A stretch of 64,000 bases of DNA from Lobosporangium transversale (taxonomy: Eukaryota): NCBI RefSeq assembly GCF_002105155.1, contig NW_019028980.1:806001-870000 (forward strand), read 5' to 3'. The notes beneath the pieces were generated by a model that had not been told where the DNA came from, searched no databases, and was given only the letters and a program-made list of their open reading frames with translations. The translations under genes and the position numbers were made by a program. Of this stretch, positions 51,322 through 64,000 are shown piece by piece; positions within the stretch are counted from its first letter, which is position 1; the number at the start of each line of letters is the position of its first letter.

Positions 51322-51999
51322 CACTCTTTTTGGGCTTAGTAAAAGAAGTCTTGCCCTGGCTTAGCAATGCTGAAGTCCCTATCCCTCAGGCGCCATGGTT
51401 GTCACTCCGTGGAATATATACTTTATTCTTGAGGCAGATGTTAAGTGTAAGTCATTAAAAATGGTATGAGAAAAAGCTTTTTATCATTTATTTCTTCAAC
51501 CGGCATGGCGATACAGCATATTCTCATCGGGATATCAAAGTAAAATTTAAACATAATGCCATGTTAAAGTTGCTCTCTGGCCTATCCAATGTCCTATTAG
51601 TTGACTTGTCTTCTCTCAAGAACGCTCTCATAAAGAAAGGGGTGAAACGCGCCCGACATCTGCTTGATCAATACATTCTTTGAAATTGATGAGTGGTTTG
51701 TAAATCCTCTAGATATTAGCTTCGAGAATTAATAGATGAAGAATTACCACATTACGATGAGTAATCAGAAAAAAAGCTGCAAAGTCAAAGGAAGATGTCC
51801 TTATGTCATCACAACGGCCTGGGCCTCCGTCTGAGCATTAAAATATAGCGAGTTTCATTGATGGAGTCCAAAATATAGACGCATCTTTCAGAATAAAGCT
51901 AAAACTTAATATTGCCAATCACTTTATACTACTTTCACAAGTAGTGGACAAAATACAACACTGTTGACGCGCAGTGTAGATAAAAACGCTTAATTTATT

Positions 52000-54900
52000 T
52001 CATTGTAAGTCTAACAAAGTCCGAATCTTCTCAAAGCTGTGACTAAAAATGATGTTGCGCACATTTCGATCACTGAGGTTGGTCCTAAGTGGAGAGAGGA
52101 CTAGCCCTGCCTTACTGAACAAACGCTCAGACTCAGTTGATGTGGACTGGATACAGAGGTACGAGCGCGCGAAGTGGGCAAGTTCCTCAACTGAGATATT
52201 TTCATCGATGCCATATGGCCTCCAATAGTCCTGAGGCTTATCTTTAAAGCGATCGTGATTGTAGTCCGGCAAGCGTACCGATGAAGCGTAGAGCTCTACC
52301 GCAAAATTCGAAGAGAAGTAGAGTATCTGATAATCACTCGTTTGCAATGGATTTTTTGTCACTGTATTATTCTCTTTGAATATCTTAAAGGCTTCGCTGC
52401 AGAGTTTTTTTGCTTTTATAAACAGACTTTCCCCACTAGCATGCATCGTATCCTTTAAGATATCGAGTGCTGCGCAAGCAGGGTTCAGGAATATAGAAAT
52501 GAGCACGGTATCTGGAATGTCCTGGAGAGGCCACGATTTTTTGATCTGTTCGTCCAGGCTTTGCCATAACTCTCTCGTCTCTTCCGTTCGGAATGTTGTA
52601 AGCGCCGGGAGCATGGTGTAGACCCTCAAATAGATTTGCGAAATGGTCGGGTTATCATGTGCGCCTGCCCAGTGTGTAAGCTTGGCAGCCGGCTCCAAGA
52701 GCGTGATAATCTCCTGCAGGGTCTCGATCTCTCCCTCGACAAGGAGGTGCCGCCCGAGCTCCGCAGCCTTGAGCTTTTCGTCTTTGGATCCTGCCCTCAT
52801 TAATTGATAGACCGCTGTAATTGCTTCTGAAACTTCAAGCACCCTTGCTGCCATGTTGAATTTTGAGTTCCATCGCGTGACATTCGTTGTAAGCAGTTGA
52901 CCAATGTTTTTGCTACGCTGATTGTTAAGCAGATCCATAGCAAGACTGGAGCTTCTGAAGAAGGTTGAGATCTTTTGGCATTTTTCCATCACCGCCTTAG
53001 CTCCAGAACTTCGTTCCAATGCCTTATTGATACACAGCTGTATTACATGGGAAAAACAGGGAAGCCAGGTAATACTCTTCTTTAGATTATAAAGCTGTAT
53101 GGCTCTTTTTATGTTCGACCCTTGATCCGTTGTTGCACAGATCAAATGCCCTTCCAAATTCCATCTTGCGACTACACGTTCTATAGAACAAATTCCAGGA
53201 TTAAAAGTGTTATTTACATAGGTCTCAAACAGGCAGTAAACCGACAGAGCTAAAGCTATGATATTCTTACCAAGCTTTTCCAATAGGACTTCTGCCGATT
53301 GAGGGCCTTGGACTCGTTCCATGCCAATCACAACTGAAGCCGGCTGAAAGTCATGTGTTAGAAAGTGAAATGTTACTCCAAAGAACTTCCTTTGATCACC
53401 GCTTGTCCAACTATCCGCTGTGATTGCGCCTTGAATTTTACGATCAGTGATGTATCTCGATTTGCCTCCACATATGCATTACACTTAAATCCATGTTTGA
53501 TTGGATAGCGTCTGTGCTTGGAATTACGTATAATGCATTAAGTTGCAAACATATTGCCTTGAAAGAATCCGAGCCAATTATTTTGAAGGTCGCTCCGTTG
53601 TCGGCGATAAGCCTTAAAAGTAATTTCTCGAAGAACTGTTGTTCATACGGAAGTGGCCTCTTCATAGTCGTAAGAACAAATCCCTCTCTAGCCACTTCGA
53701 AGTTCCCCTGTGGTCTAGGGGGCTCATCATCATCATCATCTTGATCTTTCGACGACTTGACATTCTGGACCATGCCTTGATAGAGGCGAAATTCCTGCAC
53801 AGCTTCATATATTGTGGAGTGGTTTTTGAGGAGATGGTTTTTTCGTGATCTGCCGCCCCTAACTTCTTGTACTTTATGCCACACTTTACCCCGAGACTGT
53901 TCTTAACCTGGCATTCGAAGAAGCCAGATGCATCTGTATTATAGAAATGTCCAAGGATACTAGACTTGCGTATGGACTTATGTATTGGGACTTGTGCCAA
54001 AGGCTTTTGTGAGGCGGGCGCGTCGTCGCACCGTTCGGGCGAAGGTAAAACGCCAAGTTCAAGCGATTCATATAGCGTGTACCATGTCTCCGATGCTCCA
54101 TGACTGGTACGTAGGTTAGGTCGACGCTGCTCCAAAGCTTCAGCTTCAGCTGCAAGCAGGGTTGCTTATGGGTTGTCAAAAGATAAAGGATAGGCTAAAT
54201 CTCGTGAGATCTGAGGAAGTCCACGAAAAGAGGAGGACGATGAAGATGCCCGAGAGGTCTGGTGCAGGGAGATGGGCGACTTGGGCTGAACGCCATGCAT
54301 ATCTCTATGCCGTCCAGAGTACGATGAAGTAACTGAGGAGATAAGACCTAGGCTGTGGACTGCGATAATAATGAAAGCTCTCGGCCCTTTGTAGCGGTGG
54401 TAGTGGGGATTGTCGCGGAGCGCATAATGTGGATGTAGAGGGTGAGCCAAGAACATGGGATGCTGAGATTGAACGTAGGAATGACCTAGGTCTGGCAGGT
54501 TGAATAGGCAGTCCCTGATTTGTTGGAGGAGAAGGAGTCTTAGGATATCCTCGTTTGGCTTGGGCAGACCTGATGCTACTGGCGGCGACGCTGGCTTCGC
54601 TTCTTGAAGTCACTTGGGGCAACTGGCGTGTTTGCACTTCCTCGAACATAGACCTTGAACGCCCTTCGCGCGTCTTCACGCCCAAGACATTGTATTCTCC
54701 GCCAGAATGGTCAATATCGTTGCTTTGGTAAACATCAACTTGCTCTTGTTCGTGTCTGTCCTGACCACGACGCCATATATCACACTTCGCCTGCGCTTGC
54801 CGCTGGGCGCGTCGGTCGATGAGGCTCTCTGACTACAGAAGCATTGACGCGTACGGAAGAAGTCAGTAAAAAGGCTCGAAGCAAGGGATATCAAGTATTA

Positions 54901-55171
54901 ACTAGCAACTAAGAGTCAAAGGTATAGACTTACAGGCGATCGCCTTCCAGAAAACCCGCTGTAATCATCGTCAGTCTCGAATTCGCACCTATTCTCGTTG
55001 AAAGTAGGGTCTTCGTCTAGATTTTCTGACTTCCTGGTTGAATGAGTGATATTCATCAAAGTCGTCGTTATTTTCTTCGCCATACTCTTCGTCATACTCT
55101 TCGTCATACTCTTCGCCATACTCTTCGCCATGCTCTTTGTCAAACAAGAAATTCTCACTCTTATCATTCAT
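52000..55171 (-). pseudogene. hAT transposase (BED finger, DDE core, dimerisation domain), frameshifted as sequenced
   Basis: ECQVK..KCG / NHLLKNH (BED), ITADSWTS, ATTDQGSN, WLPCFSH, TRWNS, TSTESERLFSKAG; frame breaks near 53860 and 53460. The acidic N-terminal exon from 55171 is tentative. Confidence 0.85.
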
Positions 55172-55416
55172 CGTTGAATAAAAAAAAGGAATTGCGTTTC
55201 AAGGTCAGGCAGACTGATTCAGGAAGAGGAATGGAAAGTGGGAGCATGAGAACAGAAAAAACTTTATTAAACAAAACAGGAATATGGACAAAAAAAGTTT
55301 TATCGTATATCGAGGGTTCTCTCCTCCACGAGGGGAACAAACTGTTTTATGTGGATTGAGTAAATGGGCTCAACATATTTAAAGATTGTTCCCTTTGTCT
55401 CTTTGCGAAGGCTGTT

Positions 55417-56142
55417 GCAAGAGAAGAATCTAGTACAATTGTATCAGTGTTACTTGGCGTCACAGACGATGATTATTGGTCTTTAAGATCTTTGAGATAT
55501 AGAGATATAGAAGCCTAGCTATGGAAGTAGAAGTTGGCTTTGACTATATATAGTCAACATTAGTAATAAAGAGAAAGCAGAGGCAGAGATGCCGAGCATT
55601 TACTGAATTATTAAAGTACATGGCCGCTTTGTGAGACAAGATCAGACAAATAAAGTTAATCTGTCAACTGTTCGTGGTATTAAGCGTGTTTATAGGGATG
55701 ATGCAGAAGGTTCTCTGAGAATTGAATGAGAATGAGAATGACAATGGCAATGGTAATGGTAATGGCAATGGTAATGGTAATGGCAATGGTAATGGTAGTG
55801 CGAAAAGAGAAGAAGCCTGTTATGCATGCAAATGATTGTGGATTTTTTTAAGCCTGTATGCTTTTTCTTCAGGTTAGCGCTGTTTGTGCAATAGGTTTGT
55901 GCTGTTTTCAGAACAGGTTCGCGCTGTTTTAGAAAAGGTTTGTGCTGTTTCAGAACAGGTTCATGCTGTTTCAGAACAGGTTCGCGCTGTTTGGGCAATC
56001 AGCTTGTGCTGTATGGGCAATCAGCTTGTGCTGTATGGGCAATCAGCTTGTGCTGTATGGGCAATAGGTTTGTGCTCGTTTTCTTCCAGCACGTGCTGGA
56101 AACCAAAACATCACGCCCTTTCTCTTCAGGCTCAGATCTCTG
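55417..56142 (-). repeat. Right long TIR (726 bp)
   Basis: Inverse of the left TIR, lacking one 22-bp and one 21-bp unit (43-bp length difference). Confidence 0.92.
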
Positions 56143-56339
56143 GATTCAGGATCAACTTTATAGTGCTTTGCGGCTTGAACAACAACAATATTATTAAGTC
56201 CATTCTCAATACGCGCGTCTTCAAAGACTAGAGTTAACGTACAAATGTCCAGCTTTTTCTTTATTATATGCTCTCAAGCAATGAACTAGACTTTATAATA
56301 TAAATGCAACACTTACCTCGAATTCAAATTCATAGCCAG

Positions 56340-56720
56340 CGACTCTTTTCTTCATGCTTGAACCTCGGCGGTCCTCCTGCATATGCGGTATTGATGTGAG
56401 TTTTTATGACACACTGTCCCGCATGTTTTAAATATCTAGGTGTTGCCTTAACACTCTGATCGTTGTTGATAACGAGCTCCTAAGCTTTAAGCTTGACGTG
56501 TATGTCGCCTGGGACCATGGAACGGAGGAATGTGACATTGTCACTTTTCTCCGAGGTTTGATCGGTTTCTCTTCAAGCATGATCCAGTAAATATTATCAA
56601 TCATCTCCTTGGATGATGCTTGCTTGATCGGATGCTCCTCTGATGTGACCTGGAATGGCTTGTCGGGTCCCAACACAAAACTTATGGGTGGAAAGATAGG
56701 AATAGACAATAGAAACAACT
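56340..56720 (-). pseudogene. Decayed duplicate of the C-terminus of the CRN gene at 59594
   Basis: FPPISFVLGPDKPFQVTSEEHPIKQASSKEMIDNI versus FPCIDFALGPNKLFQVTVAGKHSIKQAPFKEIIDCI. Confidence 0.75.
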
Positions 56721-57249
56721 TGCCACTTGCTTGAGAAAATTCCGATGATGCAGCTGCGGCAATTCGCTTGGTGTGCTCACTTCTCCTTGCTCAGGTTCTC
56801 TAAATAGTGATATTTTAGTTTATCTATTAGTGCCACATTATAAAATTGTGTCTGTGCCATTGTCATAAACAATGGCGAGTAAAAAGAAGTAAAAGAAACG
56901 ATCGCTACTTTTTCCTTGGTCCCTTATCCCTGCTTGGCCTACTGGGCTTGTCGTCCTCCGCTTGAGTCGACTCACTTTTTCCTTTATTTGATCCGCTGTT
57001 CAACAAGCTAATATTGAATACGTCGTTTCTATTCGTTTGTCTTTGATGACAGGGGCTTCTTTGACTTTAGCTACTGAATAACCACCCTGTTCGTGATAAG
57101 GCAATATGATAAGCCAACGTGATAAGTAAGGCCTAAACAACAGCAACAAGGATATGTCATTCGAGCAAAAGCCGAGAGAAGACGGTGATGAGAGGTGTTC
57201 TTTGATGCAATTATGGCAAGTTGTATTATGGGCATCCTTAATTCTTGAC

Positions 57250-58700
57250 CTTATCGCCGATTTTTGACTGTACGGAAACAGGATAATATTTACCCTCCGA
57301 TTCTAATACAAAGACGATATCTGGTCCAGACAGGTTCTCTTTTGGAAACAAAAAAAAAAAAGCGAGATTAACTTGGATTCATGTATTGAGTCTTTGTTAC
57401 AGTGAGTATCCAAGAATTCGTTCATTGTTATAATTCTGGAAGATTGAAATTAAACAAAGCGGGACTGAAATACTCAAAATGTGTGCCCTTTGTGCCAGAC
57501 GTAGTGGGCATCTAGTAACACACTGTTAACCAATTTAACCAATCCAGGGTCATCCACTTCAAATATGTTAAATGCCATTGGCTCAACGACAATCGTAAAT
57601 TCCTTCTTCCTTTGATTAACGACAGTTCGAGCAAACGAAGCCTCGACCGGAACAGGCTCATTGTACTCCAATATCAAGTCTTTACTATATAGTAATCTAT
57701 TCTTTACGGCTCGACCGAAGGTTTCCCTGATGTCGACACTGGTTTTAATTCCTGCATCCCCTTTGTTAATACGCTTCAGAATCCTAGATTACTCATGGCA
57801 TAGGTTACCAGATTCTTTATATCCTGGATCAGTGAGCGACCACACCAGGCCCTTGATTTCTTGCTTCCAAAGGCCTGCGTCGGCACGTCCAATGAGGTTT
57901 TCTATTATAGTGATCATTGGACGGAGACGACCACAGGACCAAGTATATAGCATCTCGATTGCTTGATCATTAAAATGGCCTCTCAGCTTTGATGCAGAGC
58001 TTGAGGAACCTTGTTTCTCCAAATATCGTACAAGTGTTTTGAAGTATGTCCGGACTTTTGCTTGATTATCCCATCTAGGAAACGATACTGCACTCTTGAA
58101 CCTCGAGTCATCGAGAACTTCTCGATATTCCTTGAAGCTTTGCCAGTTCTCTTAACCAAGCAGGATCATAAATACAAAAGCCTATCCCGCAAGGAACTAT
58201 GCAGATTTGTAGTAAATCTCTGATAAACCCTCCAATCCATGAAAGAATGCTGATAATATTGGTCGCTTAGTGTTGTCGTTATTAATAAACTGGTATTTAG
58301 CCTCCCCTCCCCATATCCTGCGTCTCGTTCAAAATAACCAAAAACATAGAGTTGCCTTGATGCCGCTCCGAAAGGACCCTGATTAGATTGTCGAACCAAT
58401 CTTGCAGGAGCTTGTCAAGGCAATTAAAGCCAACTCCACCAAGTAATTCTGCTACTTTTGTGAAGAGCGCTAGGAATAAATCTGTCCTGGATGGAACCGA
58501 GTTTCCTCAATGAACTTCTCCAAGGACCTGTGGACACACTTGCAATAGCATCCATTGGCTAGGCGTCATTCTACCTTCGGACAAGTAAAAAGGGTAAATT
58601 GATGAGCATCAAATATAAAACATAAAGGCATTTTTGCTTACGTTCTTCAAGGGGTATACGAAAACCAAACTGCGATTAACCGCCTATGAACGCAAGACAC
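57250..58700 (-). pseudogene. Heavily decayed CRN-like gene of a different C-terminal type
   Basis: Broken fragments GRLRPMITIIENLI, PVEASFAR..VVEPMAF and GPDIVF, resembling fungal CRN C-termini. Confidence 0.5.
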
Positions 58701-59593
58701 AGAACATTTGGTGAGATTATAAACAAGCGTGGATATCCCAGACATCAAGGACCTTTTCCTCCTAATCTCCCATCCGTCTAGCATGGCTCCCAAGGTAATT
58801 GATGTGAGAGGGGATGATTCTGGCGAGATTGATGCCCTCAACAGCATGTAGCATTAATATACCGAGAACTATGAATATATTGACGACACAATCTAATATT
58901 GTATCACATTTTACCGGTCAAGCGCGTGGCAGCCTTGGCCACATTCTTGATGTTTTTTTATTCCATGTCCCTGGACGCCTAGAGATTCAGACGCACCGTC
59001 TTCACATACTGACACTGAATTGGCCGAACATACAACAAATATGATCTCATTGATCACAGGTTGCCATCCCGTGCACGCACCATGGGGCTAAAACGACATT
59101 TATGTCTTTAGAGCGGAGCTGTCATCCTAGCTCCTGGTTAAACGTTCTGGCGCCCTGGATGATGATAATTGATAGGCCTTCCGCAAGTGGCAAGCATCCA
59201 GATGACAAAGCATATGAGAAAGGATAATTTCCTATGCCAGCTGTCCTGGTGATAATAATATGGTTTTGGGTCTCATCATCAGACTCTCACTGGGTTCTCC
59301 ACAGGATTCTTCATCTCTATCCGTTTTTACAAAACTCTTTGATAATAGTATCACAAAAATCTGCCCTTTCTTGCACACAAGATCGCATGATGATCACAGG
59401 AAGCTTTATAAAGTTCTATATGCCCCAGTAGAAGGCAGGACGGATTAAACCGCTCTATCTATTCGTCTAAAAGGTAAGTGGATGATGATGGCTTCATTCA
59501 TAAAGAATGAGCCATTGTAAAAAAATTCTCAAGGAACGGGTATAATGCTTTTTTAAAAAAGACAAAATTTCATCCACTTGATTGGTATTCGAT

Positions 59594-62039
59594 TTAATTC
59601 TTCAGATTCGTACCGGCTGATCCTCCTGAATATGCAGCTTCGGTGTCGATTTTTATAACACGCTGTCTCACATCTTTTACGCATTCAGGTGTTTTCTCGG
59701 CAATCCAACCTTCGAGGGTACGAAACTTCTGAACTTTAAAATCGTCATATACGTTTCCTGGCACCGCAAAATAGAGGAAAATGGTATCGTCACTTCCCTT
59801 CGACTTTGATTGGTCTCCCTTCAACTTTGATTGGTCTCCCTTCAAGCAGGGTCCAGTAATACAATCAATTATCTCCTTGAATGGTGCTTGCTTGATTGAA
59901 TGCTTCCCTGCTACTGTGACTTGAAATAGCTTGTTGGGTCCCAATGCAAAATCAATGCACGGAAATTTAGAATGTGCTGGTACAAACAACTTGTCAGCTG
60001 CTTGAGTGAGCCCTGATAATTCCTCTGGAGTCCGGAAAAACACCACTTCTGGATTTGCTGGAAAATCAAGAAATCCTGTTTCGCCTGACTGGAGATCCCT
60101 AAAGGGAAATCTAATATCACCACGTCGAAATAAGTGATGAGCATAGATTTCAAACACCGGGCCTTTAGCTATATCCTCTCCGCCTTTGACAAGTTTCGCC
60201 AATACATCGACCCAAGTGTTATCTTTTATTTTGTCCATAATCTGTGATTCGACCCAACGAGATGCCCACACCAGGTAGAAGTCGAGATGGTCAGAAGTGG
60301 GGACTCTATGGAGTAAACGACCACTAAATGCACTCGCATCTTTTCCTTGTGCAAAGAGGCTTACAAGATCTGCTGGCTTCTCGAGTGTGTCAATGGCCGC
60401 CTTGACGCGGGAAAACGCACTTTTTCTAGCTTCCTTAATATTTTCTTGATCCATGGATAGTGAAAAGGCTGGGGCCTGTAGGACCTGTCTTGGTACTCCC
60501 CCCAACTTGTAAAAAAGCTCCTCCAAAAATTCTTCATCCACTAGATGATAATACTCTACATTGGCTCTACATTCTTTAAGCTCGTCCAAACTCCAGAGTG
60601 ACATGTGATAGTAGCTAAAGCGTGCAGTTTCCTTGGCGAATTCACCGTACTGCTCATTGAGAGTTTTTGGTGATGCCGCAAATATCGTCCTGGCTTGATC
60701 TGGTAGAGGGTTCTCACTACTATCAACTAAGTACCACGTTTCAGGTCGAGCAAGGAAATCTTCGAACATCGTTGTATTCCCTTTACGTTGGCAAGTTGTT
60801 CCTCCATAAACATAACATCTGTCATGCTGCTTATCTTGGAAAATAATAATCGGTGGATTTTCCTCATCGTGTTCGGCAAGGAGGCGGATGGCAAAATAGA
60901 CCAAAAAGGCTGACTTCCCAATTCCAGGTGTTCCAGTGACAAAGAGTCGGTTCAAACCAGTTTCATGAGGGGTACTTAACCTGGATGTAATATGGTCATA
61001 AAGCTTTTCATATTCTTCTCTGATATAAAGATGCCTTGTTTTAGCAATAGGGAAGACACGACCCTCAGGGGCAGTCAATATTTTGGAATCCTTGATACCA
61101 CCAGAATTTCGGAGCTCGCGAGCCACGCTAATAATGCTGTAGTAAATACTACCTCTTGATGGCTCCCCCATGTACGAAAGCACCTTGACCCTCTCTTTCG
61201 AGTTGAGAGGCGAGATGTCAGGGTCACCATCCACTATCCCTTTCGTTACAAGCCCTGCTTCTGTAATCGCATCCCTAAGAGCACTTCTGCTACTTATACT
61301 TGGACGAGCTTTTTTAGAGGGTGACTCTGATAAAGGAGATAGAGTGATCAAAGTCAATATTTTTGATTTATTGCATATCACTCTAAAATTGATCAATAAC
61401 CAGGTTCTCGGCCAAAAGCACTCACCAGCATCTCCATCCTGTTTTCTTTTCTGAGCTAAGTATCAAAGGCGAATAATTAGAAAGAACGTTGAGTTATCAA
61501 GACACAAACCAAATGGTGATATTATGCACATGGCCGTTTAAGATATAAACCAAGCTTCATCAGCTGAAAATATCAACAATCAGTCCATCAAGAGCCAAAT
61601 ACATACCTCGCTGTGGTGGCTTGACAAAAACATGGATAGTTTCCTCTGGAAGTTCGGAAATAAATATGTCCCTAAGCTTCCTTGACGCGACTGTAAGAGC
61701 CTCTTTTGACTCGATTTCTGACTCAACGACGATCTTGCCTTTGTCAGGGATGGAGACCCTGTAGAGAGTTAGCTTCTCTGGTGGGATATCACCAAACCTG
61801 GCAGGCGAATAGATGGCTTGCTTGAGTTCGCCGACTGAACGATCAGAAGGAATATTTACAGGAAAACATGAAGCTTCTCCATCAACAATACAATAAATCT
61901 GTAGGCTGGTTGGTTCGGGGATTTTAGGGTCATTGGTGATTGAAGACTCTTCCTTCGCTTCCCCTTTTCTTTCTTCTTTCCTTTCATACGGTTTAGTTCG
62001 AGGTGATAGGCATCGTGGTGATGTTCTGTCGCTTCCCAT
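59594..62039 (-). CDS. CRN (Crinkler)-like effector: N-terminal Ubl header, P-loop NTPase and REase-like domain
   Basis: Exon 61607-62039 (LQIYCIVDGE..FPVNI..SVGELKQAI..LTLYRVSI..IHVFVKPP), microexon 61426-61455, exon 59594-61326 (VTGTPGIGKS, WYLVDS, WSLDEL, GGVPR, FPCIDF..LFQVT). Splices in frame without stops. Confidence 0.9.
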
Positions 62040-62600
62040 TGTGATTTCAAAAACAAGGGCGTAAATGGACGGAGGACAGAAAATAGGGAAAGGTTGATAA
62101 AAATGTTAAAGGATGATAGTTCAGTAGCAGGATGGTTCAAAATTGTCTAGAGATGAAGTTGAGGGAGGAAAAGAAAAAAAGAAAAAAAGAAAAAAAAAAA
62201 GGAAAGGAAAGGAAAGGAAAGGCAATGAATGAAGGCTTGGAATAAATAAAAGAGCAAAATTGATGGGAGCAAAACTGGGGGGAAATAAGAAAAAGTGAAA
62301 AGAGGATAAAGGAAGAAAAGGAAGAGGAGAGTGCAAAAATGAAGTGAAGCAAGTTAAAGAAAGGAGCGACAATTGATAAATCTGTTCCTTTATTTCAAGG
62401 TTGGGCTATGCTGTGTGTGTGAGAAAAATTTTTTTCTTGTTGCACAAGACGCCATGCGATTAAAGATTGAATTGGCCCCCAAGTGTGACGTAACATGTAT
62501 TATTTAAATACACAAACACTATTCGTCTCTTTAACTCTCTTGTTTTCACCACACAATCGAAAGTGTGCACATCCACTCTTCACCTTACATTCATCCCACT

Positions 62601-63095
62601 ATGAACATGTCTAATACCTCATTCCAAGAACAAGAAGCTGTTACTGATGCTCCTATCAATGATGTTCTCGCCATCAATCAAATTGAAAAGATATTGATCG
62701 GTGGATTTGAAGATATTCTAAGTGTTCAAACACGAATAATATATATATAATAATAATTTTCTGTATCAATGCTTTCCTTGATGATATCAAAGCAATAATT
62801 ATGCTTTAGAGAAAAGCCCTTGACGCGTCAAACTCTGGGAAGGATAGAGAGGATGACAGTGAAGAAAGAGAAGGATAATGATCAAGTAGATATCCTGGCT
62901 GGCCATGAATTTGAATTCGAGGTAAGTGTTGCATTTATATTATAAAGTCTAGTTCATTGCTTGAGAGCATATAATAAAGAAAAAGCTGGACATTTGTACG
63001 TTAACTCTAGTCTTTGAAGACGCGCGTATTGAGAATGGACTTAATAATATTGTTGTTGTTCAAGCCGCAAAGCACTATAAAGTTGATCCTGAATC
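62601..63095 (+). pseudogene. 5' part of a small gene interrupted by the second hAT copy
   Basis: ATG ORF after a pyrimidine-rich leader; GAG|GTAAGT...CTAG intron (~62922-63010); coding-like sequence runs directly into the TIR at 63096. Confidence 0.35.
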
Positions 63096-64000
63096 CAGAG
63101 ATCTGAGCCTGAAGAGAAAGGGCGTGATGTTTTGGTTTCCAGCACGTGCTGGAAGAAAACGAGCACAAACCTATTGCCCATACAGCACAAGCTGATTGCC
63201 CATACAGCACAAGCTGATTGCCCATACAGCACAAGCTGATTGCCCAAACAGCGCGAACCTGTTCTGAAACAGCATGAACCTGTTCTGAAACAGCACAAAC
63301 CTTTTCTAAAACAGCGCGAACCTGTTCTGAAAACAGCACAAACCTATTGCACAAACAGCGCTAACCTGAAGAAAAAGCATACAGGCTTAAAAAAATCCAC
63401 AATCATTTGCATGCATAACAGGCTTCTTCTCTTTTCGCACTACCATTACCATTGCCATTACCATTACCATTGCCATTACCATTACCATTGCCATTGTCAT
63501 TCTCATTCTCATTCAATTCTCAGAGAACCTTCTGCATCATCCCTATAAACACGCTTAATACCACGAACAGTTGACAGATTAACTTTATTTGTCTGATCTT
63601 GTCTCACAAAGCGGCCATGTACTTTAATAATTCAGTAAATGCTCGGCATCTCTGCCTCTGCTTTCTCTTTATTACTAATGTTGACTATATATAGTCAAAG
63701 CCAACTTCTACTTCCATAGCTAGGCTTCTATATCTCTATATCTCAAAGATCTTAAAGACCAATAATCATCGTCTGTGACGCCAAGTAACACTGATACAAT
63801 TGTACTAGATTCTTCTCTTGCAACAGCCTTCGCAAAGAGACAAAGGGAACAACTTTAAATATGTTGAGCCCATTTACTCAATCCACATAAAACAGTTTGT
63901 TCCCCTCGTGGAGGAGAGAACCCTCGATATACGATAAAACTTTTTTTGTCCATATTCCTGTTTTGTTTAATAAAGTTTTTTCTGTTCTCATGCTCCCACT
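63096..64000 (+). mobile_element. Second copy of the long-TIR hAT element (promoter-side end), continuing beyond the window
   Basis: 63096-64000 is the near-perfect inverse of 55237-56142, including sequence internal to the TIR that the left TIR lacks. Confidence 0.9.

Larger units (their letters stand above)
50553..56142 (-). mobile_element. hAT DNA transposon with long terminal inverted repeats
   Basis: CAGAGATCTGAGCC termini; 50553-51321 is the near-perfect inverse of 55417-56142; internal hAT transposase. Confidence 0.9.

Overview
Eukaryotic, intron-rich fungal DNA with abundant poly(dA:dT) tracts. The gene families present (CRN/Crinkler-like effectors, F-box/RNI and Ubl-LRR proteins) suggest an early-diverging fungus, probably Mortierellaceae (inference). 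The window has three zones. (1) 1-28.4 kb is mostly accessory: the 3' part of a CRN-like NTPase/nuclease gene; a decayed Harbinger-like DDE transposase with a chromodomain, abutting a convergent origin-binding-protein-like fragment; a GPI-anchored Ser/Thr-rich protein; two identical tRNA-Ser(GCT) genes, each with non-LTR retroelement sequence just upstream; a tRNA-headed SINE-like element sharing its tail with that LINE; nested MITEs; Crypton (GCR1_C) and Gypsy remnants; and a YCII gene. (2) 29.6-50.3 kb is a compact housekeeping block: TMEM245-like, dual-specificity phosphatase, JIP5/WDR55, DHHC palmitoyltransferase, Ubl-LRR protein, NSRP1-like, an intronless bacterial-type alpha2 glycyl-tRNA synthetase and RIM2. 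(3) 50.5-64 kb holds a hAT transposon with unusually long (~730-770 bp) near-identical terminal inverted repeats, a CRN gene cluster, and the start of a second, inverted copy of the element that shares ~200 bp of host flank with the first. Family assignments come from reading motifs by eye; no database searches were run.
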